A stretch of 34,444 nucleotides of DNA from an uncultured Clostridia bacterium (GCA_947632425.1 CANRPG010000001.1:1-34444), one strand, 5' to 3'. Numbered from the stretch's first letter, positions 17,206-26,951 are shown. The notes: a model not told the origin generated them from the letters alone. Made by a program: numbers and translations.

Positions 17206-18015
17206 ATGAAAAAAACAAAAGAAAAGATCAAAAAGGAAAAAACAAGCAGAAAAAAGAAGTTGGTCGAGAACAAGGGCATAACGGGCGCAGGCACCGATTA
17301 TACCGTATACATACTGACTTTTCCGCAGAAGATGTTTGCGGTGCTGTGCGGCTTTGTTATAGGTTTCGGCGCAAGCTACATATATTATGAAAATATGATA
17401 CTGGCGGTCATAGTGGGACTTGCAGCCGCTTATAAGGCTATCTCGATATACAGAAACATGAAGCAGGACAAGCGTTCAAAGGCTCTCAGGCTGCAATTCC
17501 GCGATATGCTGGAGTCTCTCAGCAGCGCATATACCGTAGGAATGACTGAAAAAAGAGCGTTTGAGGCGGCATACGAATCTATGAAGTTAGAGCATGGAGA
17601 GAACTCGTATATTGCGCAGGAGCTGGAGCTTATATGCAATGCATATAATCGGAATCTTGAAATACGTACTATGCTCAACGATTTTGCGCAGAGAAGCGGT
17701 CTGGACGACGTGCAAAGTTTTGCAAGCGTATTTTACGTGTCTGCCGAGCTGGGCGGAAACATAGCAAAAGTAATACGCGAGACGAGAGATATAATAGGCG
17801 ATAAAATAGAGACCGAACTGGAAATACAAACTATGGTGGCAGGTCAGAAAAATCAGCTGAATATTCTTGCTGTTATGCCGCTTGTAATGTCTGTGTTCAC
17901 AAAAACTTTCGGCAGCGCGGGCGGCGCGCTTGCAATAACGGTCAAGACTGTTGCCCTGCTTATGTTTGTGTTTGCATATTGGCTGGGTACGCGCATAGTG
18001 GATATCAAGGTCTGA
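17206..18015 (+). CDS. tadB: TadB-like inner-membrane platform protein (T2SS F domain)
   Basis: N-terminal TM, a cytoplasmic helical domain (LRLQFRDMLESLSSAYTVGMTEKRAFE) and C-terminal TM helices. It lies immediately after cpaF. Start is ATG 17206, with GAGG 8 nt upstream. Confidence 0.8.
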   Translation: MKKTKEKIKKEKTSRKKKLVENKGITGAGTDYTVYILTFPQKMFAVLCGFVIGFGASYIYYENMILAVIVGLAAAYKAISIYRNMKQDKRSKALRLQFRDMLESLSSAYTVGMTEKRAFEAAYESMKLEHGENSYIAQELELICNAYNRNLEIRTMLNDFAQRSGLDDVQSFASVFYVSAELGGNIAKVIRETRDIIGDKIETELEIQTMVAGQKNQLNILAVMPLVMSVFTKTFGSAGGALAITVKTVALLMFVFAYWLGTRIVDIKV

Positions 18016-18030
18016 CGGGGGTGTTTTTCA

Positions 18031-18924
18031 ATGTATGGACTTATGCTCATATGTGCCGCTTTGGCAACGATATTATGCGTGATATGGCTGTATCTGTATA
18101 TTAAATTCAAAAAGCAGTATTCGGGAATGCTGGACGGCGTGGATTCAAAGATATTTGCATTTAAGCAAATATACTTTTTGGGCTTTGGCGTAATAGAGAT
18201 ATATGAACATATCAAAAGATACAAGATAACAGCCAACGCAAAGGCTGTTAAGAAGATGAAAGAGCTTGCAGAGGTGTTCGGCAGACCTAATGCGGAACTT
18301 TATTACTATATAAGCGCTGCGGCAACTATATCGCTCGTGCTCACCTTTGTTCCGCTGGGGCTTATGATGGTATGCCTTGTGCAGTCTGCGACGGGCGTGC
18401 TGCTGGGAGCGCTGATACCGATCGCTGTTATAAACGGTCTGAGGACAAGCATAATTACGGCTATAAAAGACAAGAAGGATTCTATACTCAGCGAATTTCC
18501 CAGAATGGTATCAAAACTTACTCTTCTTGTCAATGCCGGAATGCTTGTAAGAAGAGCATGGGATGAAGTCGCGAAGTCCAACTATGAGAATGCTTTGTAT
18601 GAAGAAATGAGAAATACTTCAAAGGATATCCAGGAGGGAATGTCTATAAAAGACGCAATGGATTCTTTTGCCGACAGATGCGGTCTTAAAGAAATAAGAA
18701 AATTTGCTTCGATATATGTACAGGCGGTAAACAGGGGAGCATCGGAGTCGATAGCCTCGATGAAGGCTATGGCTGATGATGCGTGGGAACAGAAAAAGCA
18801 GATATCAAAGCAAAAAGGCGAGATAGCCTCTCAGAAACTGCTTGTGCCGAACCTTATAATGTTTTTCGGTATCATAATAGTTGTTCTTGTGCCAATGATA
18901 GCTTCTATAATGGGAAGCTTTTAA
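18031..18924 (+). CDS. tadC: TadC-like inner-membrane platform protein (T2SS F domain)
   Basis: 297-aa ORF with the same TM/helical-domain/TM layout (FPRMVSKLTLLVNAGMLVRRAWDEVA). It is the second platform paralog, as in tad loci. Confidence 0.8.
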   Translation: MYGLMLICAALATILCVIWLYLYIKFKKQYSGMLDGVDSKIFAFKQIYFLGFGVIEIYEHIKRYKITANAKAVKKMKELAEVFGRPNAELYYYISAAATISLVLTFVPLGLMMVCLVQSATGVLLGALIPIAVINGLRTSIITAIKDKKDSILSEFPRMVSKLTLLVNAGMLVRRAWDEVAKSNYENALYEEMRNTSKDIQEGMSIKDAMDSFADRCGLKEIRKFASIYVQAVNRGASESIASMKAMADDAWEQKKQISKQKGEIASQKLLVPNLIMFFGIIIVVLVPMIASIMGSF

Positions 18925-18951
18925 ATATACGGAGAAAGGTGGTGGGACGTT

Positions 18952-19206
18952 ATGTTGGATAGAATATCAGTAGCTCTTTACTGTGCGTATTCAAATGTAA
19001 AGATCAAATTCATGAAACTTGCCAAAGAAGAATCGGGCAGCATGATGGAGACAGTTATACTTATCCTTATTGCCGTAATTTTAGCCGGACTTATAATTAA
19101 CTTTCTGACAAAAGACGGTTTTGAACTTTCTGACGGCTCAACAGGTGGACTGCTTCAGTTTTTATTTGATAAGATCAAGACTTCGATCAACGAACTATTC
19201 GCTTAG
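18952..19206 (+). CDS. flp: Flp-type (type IVc) prepilin
   Basis: 84-aa ORF with strong RBS GGAGAAAGGTGGTGGG. The sequence reads ...KLAKEESG/SMMETVILILIAVILAGLIINF: a charged leader ending in Gly, a Glu shortly after, then a hydrophobic helix. The mature part would be about 54 aa. An internal alternative start exists at MKLAKEE. Confidence 0.7.
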   Translation: MLDRISVALYCAYSNVKIKFMKLAKEESGSMMETVILILIAVILAGLIINFLTKDGFELSDGSTGGLLQFLFDKIKTSINELFA

Positions 19207-19332
19207 CGCGCAGAAAAGATCATCTGTCATTTGTTGCTGCTACACCGCAATAGATGGCAGCTCTCAAAGCGGCGGAGGGAAACTTTTGCTGTTTTGAAAG
19301 CTGTAGAGCTTATCAATACCAGAGGTGAAACA

Positions 19333-20058
19333 ATGAGAAAGCTGCGAAAATGTTTGAAGGAGGAAAACGGCGCTGCCATGCTTATAGAGGCGGTCGTTAT
19401 CTATCCTATAGTTTTTCTGGCGATATTTTTTTTGATATATGTCGGTTTGTTTATACTGCAATATATGAGCGTTTCGGCATATGCGCAGAAAGTAGCGCTG
19501 CTTGCCTCCAGAGAGGTCGCGTTTCCGGGGTATATATCTTTGGTGAGCGAGGACGTTTATACTACTGCTGCCGTAGAAGCAGACCTTGGCACCGATTCCG
19601 ACGGAGATCAGGCGACGTCGTTCAAAGGCATGGTAAAGATGAACTTTGACCCAAAAAATGCTCAGGTAAATGCTTATCGCTACTGGGGCGATCCGCTGAG
19701 CAGTGAGAGCAAGACTGTGCTGGTGAACATATTGAAAGAAATGGTGGATAAAAATTCGCTTATCGGCGCTGAAGGAGAAGTAACGGCTTCGGTGGAAGCT
19801 GAGAATTATTTTGTAACACAATATGTAAAGGTAAGCGTTTCGCAGCCGCTTGCAGGTTTTGCGGTACTCGATTTCTTCGGCATTGAACAGCCGACGGTAT
19901 CTGCCACTGTGCAGGCATCGGTCAACGATACCGATGAACTGGTGCGCAACGTAGATTTCGCCGCTGATGCGATAAAAGCCATTGCTAAGAAGCTCGGCAT
20001 AGACGCCGGCAGCATAAAGAAAAAATTCAAAGATGCAAAGAGCTTTTTAGGATTATGA
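19333..20058 (+). CDS. TadE-like pseudopilin or minor pilin
   Basis: Start moved to ATG 19333, with RBS AGAGGTGA. N-terminus MRKLRKCLKEENGAAMLIEAVVIYPIVFLAIFFLIYVGLFIL matches the TadE-type N-terminal pattern (G-A-x-x-I/V-E then a hydrophobic helix). Confidence 0.7.
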   Translation: MRKLRKCLKEENGAAMLIEAVVIYPIVFLAIFFLIYVGLFILQYMSVSAYAQKVALLASREVAFPGYISLVSEDVYTTAAVEADLGTDSDGDQATSFKGMVKMNFDPKNAQVNAYRYWGDPLSSESKTVLVNILKEMVDKNSLIGAEGEVTASVEAENYFVTQYVKVSVSQPLAGFAVLDFFGIEQPTVSATVQASVNDTDELVRNVDFAADAIKAIAKKLGIDAGSIKKKFKDAKSFLGL

Positions 20059-20083
20059 TGATTTTTGAGGAGTAGTTTGTGAT

Positions 20084-23000
20084 ATGAAGCTTATGAGACT
20101 TATGAGAAAATGCAAAGGCTCTATTTCTATATTTCTGTGCCTGATATTACTGCCGATGGTCACATACGCCACGCTTATCATAGATGCGAGCCGGTTGCAG
20201 TCTGCCCGTGTTGCGGTTTCAACTGCCGGAGATCTTACTATGAATGCAGCTTTGTCTGAATATGAGCAGGTGCTGGAGGATATGTACGGCATTTTTGCTG
20301 TGGCGCAGACAGAAGGAGAACTGAAAGATTCTCTCATGGCATACTATCAGCAGACGATAGAGTCCTCGCTTATCGGCTCGGAAGCTGAAGATGAATATGC
20401 GAAGATGCTGTCTGAAGAGATAGTGGATATGGTGTTCAGCGAGGAAGGCTTTGATTATGATAATTTTCTGCAAATGAAGCTGGAAGATTTTTCATACGAG
20501 CCTGTTCCCGGCACGGAACTTGCAAATCCTGCCATGCTGAAAAGGCAGATAATCGACTACATGAAATATAAAGGACCGCTCTCGGTGGTTTCTACACTTA
20601 TGCCCAAGCTTGATTTTCTTAAAGATTCTTCAAAGCAGACAGAGGTGCTTACCAAAAAGGTAGAATACACAGAGCAGCTCAATTCGCTGAACGACCCTTG
20701 CAGCAAGGCCTACAATGCAATAGTGGGAAGTATCGTTGATAACGAACGCAAAGCGGACGGCTACAATTCTTATGCAGGCAATTATAATAATTTGTTGAAA
20801 GACTTCAAGACCTCTGTAACGGCGGCGATCGAAGAGGCGCAGGAAAATTTCAAGTATATGTCGGAATGTGACATTCTGCGTAACAACTGCTTTTTGCTTA
20901 CTGCTCCGATCACGTTTGAAGGCTTATGGGCTGAAAGCGGCGGACAAGACGAGATAGACAAAATATATGATCCGAACACAAAGCTTTACGAAATGGACAA
21001 AAAAGAACTGTATGATCTGCTTGTTTCCGTTTCATCTGCCTATAGCGAGATAATCGCGCTTGACACAGAAAAAAGCGGCGGTCTTTTCAGTGATAATATA
21101 GACGAAGTCAGCATATACGAGACTCAGCCGGGCAATGCAGGCAAACTTGACAGCGCTTTTACTGTAGGCATAAGGAGAAGAGAGGGCAACTTATATCCTT
21201 CGATTGCCACGATCGGCGAATATGGCAGTTGGATAGCAATTTTAGATGCGCCCGAGAAAGAGAATTCAATTTCTCTTTTTGAACGAAGATTTGATTTTCA
21301 GCAGGGATTCGCAGGACATGATCTGGAGCTTCAGAAATTTGTGAAGTGGTATCAAAAGCTGCAAAAGTTCCGCACGATATATGATGATGTTTTTGAAGAG
21401 TACGAGATGCGTTGCAGACTGGAAGCAGAGAAAAAGACAGGCAGCGCAGATTCCGACCTGATAGATATTGAGCTTGAAAGTGATGAGAATTATGTTGCGC
21501 GCCTGAACAGCAAGAAGATGATAGACACTATTTCGGAAGAGATAAAATTAACCTATTATGACGAGTTTGCCGACTTTCTCAAGAAGCTGAACGACTGCGA
21601 TATATATAACACAGGCGGTCGCCTCTTTTGTGATGCAGCGACTGAGCTGTTGTTCAGATACCGCGATGCTCTGTACAGTGCCGAAGTAAAACTGGAAACT
21701 CTCAATGAGGCGCTCGATACTATAAAAAAGACACTTGGCGAGATAGATAAGACAAAGGAAAGCTGGCAGAAGTCTATAGACTCTCTGAGTTCAAAAAGTT
21801 CAACAAGGTCAAGTATGCAAAGCGACTTTGATACTACTACGGAAAGTTTTGACGAGGAAGACGTTACAGCCCTTCAGGAAGCTGCAAACGCAAGAATTTC
21901 GCAGATAAAAGCTCTGATAGAGCAGCTTGAAACTGTAAAATACCTTGATGCAACCGTTATTCTCGGCTTCGGTCATATCAATTATATGGACAGCCCATAT
22001 TATGAACAGTATGTATTAAGCAACAAGTCTGACCCGGCAAACACCGCTGCGGCTGCTGCTTCTCATGCGGACGAAATGATAGCGAACTATTTTACGCAGC
22101 AAGTAATGCCGGGCTCTTTTGTCGCGCTGGATCTGATAGACGGTCAGAAACCGAACGGCGAGTATGACGATAGTGAAAGATTCTTCCTGACTTTGAAGAG
22201 CATATGCGAGCCCGAACAGGGCAAAGAGCTCAGCGAGGAAGATAAGGAATGCTATGAAAACGCGATGGAGTATGCCAAAGTAGATGACAAGGACGGCAGA
22301 CCCGTGCAGAAAGGCGACGATGACGCTTCCGGTTCGTCGGGAGGCTCGGGGCAGCAGGGAACCGTATCGGTAGACATCGGCGGAGTATTGCAGGAAATAC
22401 AGGATTATATGAAAGATCCGTATAATGACAAGGACAAAGATGACGGCGGCTCGAAAGATAAATCGGACGATGATGATAAGGAAGAAAATTACAGCGTATC
22501 TGCGCCCGATATCAAAGATGACGGAAAAGTAGAGGGACAACCCAGCAATTCGCTGAAAAATGCTACGAGCCTGCTCAGCAAGCTTTCTGATATAGGCAGA
22601 ACGGTAAGGGATAATGTATATCTCGAAGAGTATTTTACAGAAATGTTCACCTGCCAGACCGATGCCAAGCTAAAGCCGGGCGAACTGATACTGCTCAGCG
22701 GATATACTAACGATGATCCCGACGAGGCTTACAGAGTTGTAAATACAAATACCGACTGGTACGGCAACGAGGTAGAATACATACTTTGGGGCGATGCCAC
22801 GCTGAAAAACAACAGGGTCAAGACCGAAGCGCTTATATATACTATCCGTTTTGCTCTGAACGCTGTATATGCATTTACGGCATCTGATATTCAGGCGTTT
22901 GCTTTTGAAGCGGCATCGGCGATAGCAGGTTGGACTGTTGTTGGCGTGCCGATAGTTCAGGCTTGCATAACCATTGCGCTTGCGCTGGCAGAGAGCGCGC

Positions 23001-24118
23001 TTGACTTGCAGGCTCTGAAGGACGGAAAAGATGTTCCGATATATAAAAGCACTACGACTTTCCAGTGTTCTCCTACCCAGGCATTAAAAACTCTTGTCAG
23101 CGGCGCGGTTGAAAAGGCAGCAGAAGCGGTCAGCAATGAACTGGATAAAAAATTAGACGAAATAGCCGATAAGGCATACAAAACTATCGGCGATGCTATG
23201 GGCGATATAACGAATTATGTCAATAATTTTATAGATGAGCAGGCAGACGGCGTCAAGACGGCTATAAAGCAGCAGTTTGTGGCTCCGGTAATAAACAGTA
23301 TAACTCCGCTGCTGTCAGAAGTGCAGAATGCGTCAAGCAATGCGGATAAGCTTATTTCCGACACTGTAGATACTACCTTTGCAACGATAGAAAGCAATAT
23401 CAACAGCATAAACGACGGCACTACAAAGGAGCTTATCCAGCAGTTTTATGAAAGATTCAAAAGCGAGATAAAGTCTGAACTGACGGACAAGATACATGAT
23501 TATTTATCCAAGGTAAGCGATCAAGCAAGCACGGACAGCCTGAACGCGGCGATATCGGGTGTAATAGACAGCAAGATCGACGATTTTTCAGGTGATATAC
23601 AACATAAAATGGAAGAATACAAAGATAACATTATGGAAAAGGTAAAAGCCGCCGGCGACAAGCCTATAGGAGATCTGAAAAGCTTCATGCATGAAAGGAT
23701 AAATGATTTTGCAGGCGATCTGAGCGGAAAGATCAATGATTCTTTTTCGGGAATTGATTCAAAGCAGCTGGATACAACTTCTGCATCGCAGAGTTTTACT
23801 TTGAATTATAAAGAGTACTGCAAGATATTTGTTCTGATAAGTATTGGGCGCAACGAAACAGCCATGCTGCAAAGAGCGGGCGCGCTTATGCAGGTGAATG
23901 TTCAGAATGCCGTACACGATGCTAACCCTGACTTTAAACTGACATCTGCCAACACCATGGTTTCGGTGTCGGCAGACGTAAAGCTTGGCACTCTTATGCC
24001 GTGGGCGGTATCAGATGAAGAAAATGATGCCGCAGCCGATTCCGGTCTTTCTCTGGATTTTTCTGATCTGGGCGATAACAGCATAAGCATACATTACAAC
24101 GGAATGTTCGGATACTAA
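20084..24118 (+). CDS. Giant TadG-like protein (1344 aa): TadE/G-type N-terminal TM helix, coiled-coil region, acidic D/K/G/S low-complexity region, internal hydrophobic segment and a helical-repeat C-terminal third
   Basis: N-terminus KGSISIFLCLILLPMVTYATLIIDASRLQSARVAVSTAGDLTMNAAL resembles the TadG N-terminal (Tad_N) pattern. The acidic tract is at about nt 22311-22490. The hydrophobic segment AFAFEAASAIAGWTVVGVPIVQACITIALALAESAL is at about nt 22895-23000. Confidence 0.7.
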   Translation: MKLMRLMRKCKGSISIFLCLILLPMVTYATLIIDASRLQSARVAVSTAGDLTMNAALSEYEQVLEDMYGIFAVAQTEGELKDSLMAYYQQTIESSLIGSEAEDEYAKMLSEEIVDMVFSEEGFDYDNFLQMKLEDFSYEPVPGTELANPAMLKRQIIDYMKYKGPLSVVSTLMPKLDFLKDSSKQTEVLTKKVEYTEQLNSLNDPCSKAYNAIVGSIVDNERKADGYNSYAGNYNNLLKDFKTSVTAAIEEAQENFKYMSECDILRNNCFLLTAPITFEGLWAESGGQDEIDKIYDPNTKLYEMDKKELYDLLVSVSSAYSEIIALDTEKSGGLFSDNIDEVSIYETQPGNAGKLDSAFTVGIRRREGNLYPSIATIGEYGSWIAILDAPEKENSISLFERRFDFQQGFAGHDLELQKFVKWYQKLQKFRTIYDDVFEEYEMRCRLEAEKKTGSADSDLIDIELESDENYVARLNSKKMIDTISEEIKLTYYDEFADFLKKLNDCDIYNTGGRLFCDAATELLFRYRDALYSAEVKLETLNEALDTIKKTLGEIDKTKESWQKSIDSLSSKSSTRSSMQSDFDTTTESFDEEDVTALQEAANARISQIKALIEQLETVKYLDATVILGFGHINYMDSPYYEQYVLSNKSDPANTAAAAASHADEMIANYFTQQVMPGSFVALDLIDGQKPNGEYDDSERFFLTLKSICEPEQGKELSEEDKECYENAMEYAKVDDKDGRPVQKGDDDASGSSGGSGQQGTVSVDIGGVLQEIQDYMKDPYNDKDKDDGGSKDKSDDDDKEENYSVSAPDIKDDGKVEGQPSNSLKNATSLLSKLSDIGRTVRDNVYLEEYFTEMFTCQTDAKLKPGELILLSGYTNDDPDEAYRVVNTNTDWYGNEVEYILWGDATLKNNRVKTEALIYTIRFALNAVYAFTASDIQAFAFEAASAIAGWTVVGVPIVQACITIALALAESALDLQALKDGKDVPIYKSTTTFQCSPTQALKTLVSGAVEKAAEAVSNELDKKLDEIADKAYKTIGDAMGDITNYVNNFIDEQADGVKTAIKQQFVAPVINSITPLLSEVQNASSNADKLISDTVDTTFATIESNINSINDGTTKELIQQFYERFKSEIKSELTDKIHDYLSKVSDQASTDSLNAAISGVIDSKIDDFSGDIQHKMEEYKDNIMEKVKAAGDKPIGDLKSFMHERINDFAGDLSGKINDSFSGIDSKQLDTTSASQSFTLNYKEYCKIFVLISIGRNETAMLQRAGALMQVNVQNAVHDANPDFKLTSANTMVSVSADVKLGTLMPWAVSDEENDAAADSGLSLDFSDLGDNSISIHYNGMFGY

Positions 24119-24136
24119 AATAAAACGGGGAATAGT

Positions 24137-24979
24137 ATGAAGGTCAAAAATCAGAATGAAAAGGGCGCTCTGGCAATAGAAGCGGTATTGGGTCTTACGA
24201 TCTTTATGCTGGTCATACTGGCGCTGATGTTTATGGCGCTTATTATACGCGTTCAGGCATCGGTACAGTATGCTCTGGGGCAGACCGCAAAAGAGATCTC
24301 GGGCTATTATTATCTTATAGACAAGCTGGGTCTTGCCTCTGTATCGTCCGGCAACTCTTCGTCTGCCGAAGCTAAGCTTGGCGATCTCAATGATACCATA
24401 GGCTATGTTCTTGAGTTTTCGGGCGATGCGGCAGATACCATAAGCAATTTTGACATTTCGGCTGACATGACCGACTGGGACGCGCTGAAAAACGGCGCTG
24501 ATGATATAGAAAGGCTGCGCGCCGAGGCGCAAAAAATAAATTCATCGCTCGAAGCTTTGAGTTCTCATGACCCTATGGAGCAGTTTCAGGCGGTAATAGC
24601 AGTATTCGGGCGGTCGTTTATAAACAGGAATCTGTCCTGCCTGATAAGCGGAACGGTCTGCCAGAACCTTATGCCCAAGTATCTCACATCGGGAGATATA
24701 GATGAATTTTACGAAAAAATGGGTATAGAGGATATGGATCTTTCAAAGTCGCAGCTTTTAATGGATGGGCGCTCTGTCAAGCTGGTGGCGCAGTACACTA
24801 TCAATACAAAGGCGCTGACTTTCGGAATGATAGATACCGAACTTAAGTTCAGACAGGTAGTCACAACAGCGGCGTGGGTAACGCCCAACGGCGATACTAT
24901 AACAGGTCTTGCGGATATAAAACCGAAGTTCCCTGAAAATGATGTCAAAGGTAACGATGAAGATGATACCGATAGTTAA
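24137..24979 (+). CDS. TadE/TadF-like pseudopilin
   Basis: 280-aa ORF. N-terminus MKVKNQNEKGALAIEAVLGLTIFMLVILALMFMALII has Gly, then Glu at +5, then a hydrophobic helix. RBS is ACGGGGAA. Confidence 0.7.
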   Translation: MKVKNQNEKGALAIEAVLGLTIFMLVILALMFMALIIRVQASVQYALGQTAKEISGYYYLIDKLGLASVSSGNSSSAEAKLGDLNDTIGYVLEFSGDAADTISNFDISADMTDWDALKNGADDIERLRAEAQKINSSLEALSSHDPMEQFQAVIAVFGRSFINRNLSCLISGTVCQNLMPKYLTSGDIDEFYEKMGIEDMDLSKSQLLMDGRSVKLVAQYTINTKALTFGMIDTELKFRQVVTTAAWVTPNGDTITGLADIKPKFPENDVKGNDEDDTDS

Positions 24980-25628
24980 GTGCTGTACTATAATAATTAT
25001 GTCTGTAGTATTGACGGCGGCTGCTGTATTGTTCAGGTGGTCGTATATGGGCAGAGAAAAAGCGGCGGTCAGCGAGATACTGAAAAAGCAGAAAAAACAG
25101 CTCGTGTTCTTTGCGGCGGCATATATGATAACAGCCGTGCTTGCTTTGATATTCTACAGAAGGAAAGATATGAGCTTCTTTTCTATGGCGCAGAAGCTTA
25201 TATTGTGGGACGCTTTGGTATTGACGGCTGTTATAGATAAGCAGATAAAGAAGATACCGAACAAAGTTCTTTTGTTTCTGCTAATTGTAAGAGCGGCAGG
25301 AATATTGACTGAAGCTATGCGGTATGGCGCATCGCTGACAAATATGCTGCTCTTTTCGCTGCTGGGAATGGTTATCGGCGGTCTGATACCGCTGGTGGCA
25401 ATGCTTCTTTCGGGCGGCGGAGTAGGCGCAGGCGATATGAAGCTGTATGCCGTAACGGGGGCGTTCCTCGGTCTGTCGGGCATATTGCAGACTATGATGT
25501 TCTCGCTGTTTTTAGCGGCAGTGGTCAGCCTGGTGATGCTTATATGCAAAAAGGCGAAAATGAAGTCCACACTGCCTATGGCGCCGTTTATTTTTGCAGG
25601 AATCAGTATATATTATATTCTTATATAG
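24939..25628 (+). CDS. tadV: A24-family prepilin peptidase, TadV/CpaA type (no methyltransferase domain)
   Basis: Polytopic membrane protein. The first Asp motif is AVIDKQIKKIPNK and the second is GGGVGAGDMKLY. The start is uncertain: ATG 24939, 24942, 24957 or 24963. ATG 24957 has AAAGGT upstream. Confidence 0.8.
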   Translation: MMSKVTMKMIPIVKCCTIIIMSVVLTAAAVLFRWSYMGREKAAVSEILKKQKKQLVFFAAAYMITAVLALIFYRRKDMSFFSMAQKLILWDALVLTAVIDKQIKKIPNKVLLFLLIVRAAGILTEAMRYGASLTNMLLFSLLGMVIGGLIPLVAMLLSGGGVGAGDMKLYAVTGAFLGLSGILQTMMFSLFLAAVVSLVMLICKKAKMKSTLPMAPFIFAGISIYYILI

Positions 25629-25643
25629 ATCTGGAGTGATGTT

Positions 25644-26951
25644 ATGAACAAGCATATGCCGATACTTATACTATCTGCGCTGATGATCATGCTGGTGCTC
25701 TCTTGGCAAAGCGTTCTGAATTACAACGGCAAGATGACTCAGGAATATGAAAAACATATTGCGGCAGCAGAAAAATATGAGAGCAAGAAGATTTATATCG
25801 ATGCTATCACAGAATATAAAGCGGCACAAAAAATAAAGCCCGAATATGATATTCAGATGAAGATAGCAGACCTATATATGAAACAGAATGACATATCTTC
25901 ATATATAGGCGCCTGCCGCGAGGCTGTGAAAATCGATAAGAGCAAGCCGGAGCCGTATCTGATAATTGCTGATTATTATATTGAGAAAACAAACTATACA
26001 GAAGCTTACTCGATCCTGAAGCAAGGGAAAAACGCTATAGGTGAAAACGGCGATATTTCCGAACGTATGCTGTTTCTGCTCAGCCGGTATAATGAAGCGG
26101 CGTATAGTTATGATACGTTCCTGCCGTGGCATATGGCTGAAAAAAACGCGGGATTTGCAAAGGTCTCTGTTGGCGGTCTTTACGGTCTGGCGAATCTGGA
26201 AAACAAGATAGCATATCAATGCGAGTATGAGGACATCGGCTTACCTATGAATAATGTTATACCCGTGAAGAAAGACGGAGAGTATTATTATATTGACAAA
26301 CAAGGCAACAGAAAGCTCGTTACCGACGAGCCTGCCGAATATCTTGGCTCTTTCAGCGGAAAGTACGCGCCGGCAAAAATAAACGGTGTGTATGGCTATA
26401 TAGATAAGAAGATGAAAGAGTATAAATTTGAATATGAGTATGCAGGCTGTTTCAGCAACGGCATTGCGGCGGTAAAAAAGAACGGAAAATGGAAGATAAT
26501 CAATGAACAGTTCAAAGATGTAACAGGCTATGTGTTCGATGACATAAAAATTGACGACTACGGTTTTTGCTCCGAAAATAATGTGTTTTTCGCCCAAAAA
26601 GACGGCAGCTATGCTTTGTATAACACCAAAGGAAAGAAGCTGTCGGAGGATCTGGAAGATGTAAAGATATTCGCCTCCGAGCAGCCGGCGGCAGTCAAGA
26701 AAAACGGCAAATGGGGATTTATGTCGCTGAAGGGCGAGATGGTAACAGAACCGACTTATGACGATGCGTGTTCCTTCTGCGTGGGTTATGCGCCCGTAAA
26801 AACAGGCGGCAAATGGGGCTGCACAGATATGGAAGGGCATATGGTCATAGAAGCGGTGTTTGACGAAATGCAGGCTTTTTCAAAAGGCGGTTATGCTTTG
26901 GCGGAAAAAGACGGCGTCAAGGAATTTGTAGTAGTTAAATTATACGAATAG
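25644..26951 (+). CDS. Membrane-anchored protein with TPR repeats and WG (KWG) repeats
   Basis: 435-aa ORF. N-terminal TM is MPILILSALMIMLVLSW. TPR-like helices span roughly residues 30-140. Repeated KNGKWKI, KNGKWGFM and TGGKWGC motifs are typical WG-containing repeats. RBS is GGAGTGA. Confidence 0.75.
   Translation: MNKHMPILILSALMIMLVLSWQSVLNYNGKMTQEYEKHIAAAEKYESKKIYIDAITEYKAAQKIKPEYDIQMKIADLYMKQNDISSYIGACREAVKIDKSKPEPYLIIADYYIEKTNYTEAYSILKQGKNAIGENGDISERMLFLLSRYNEAAYSYDTFLPWHMAEKNAGFAKVSVGGLYGLANLENKIAYQCEYEDIGLPMNNVIPVKKDGEYYYIDKQGNRKLVTDEPAEYLGSFSGKYAPAKINGVYGYIDKKMKEYKFEYEYAGCFSNGIAAVKKNGKWKIINEQFKDVTGYVFDDIKIDDYGFCSENNVFFAQKDGSYALYNTKGKKLSEDLEDVKIFASEQPAAVKKNGKWGFMSLKGEMVTEPTYDDACSFCVGYAPVKTGGKWGCTDMEGHMVIEAVFDEMQAFSKGGYALAEKDGVKEFVVVKLYE

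Noticed and set aside
19207-19332. The 126-nt gap after the flp gene, examined for the stem-loop or terminator that often follows major-pilin genes
   Set aside because: Only imperfect pairings are present (CAGCTcTCAAA...TTTGAaAGCTG and GCTCT...AGAGC), and no U-tract. That is not enough to annotate.
22016-22540. Minus-strand 174-aa ORF inside tadG-like. Similar long antisense ORFs occur at 19264-19821, 24011-24532, 26241-26840 and 30153-30800.
   Set aside because: All are antisense to genes with clear family motifs. The one inside tadG-like is the complement of the acidic D/K tract, which explains its I/F/L-rich translation.
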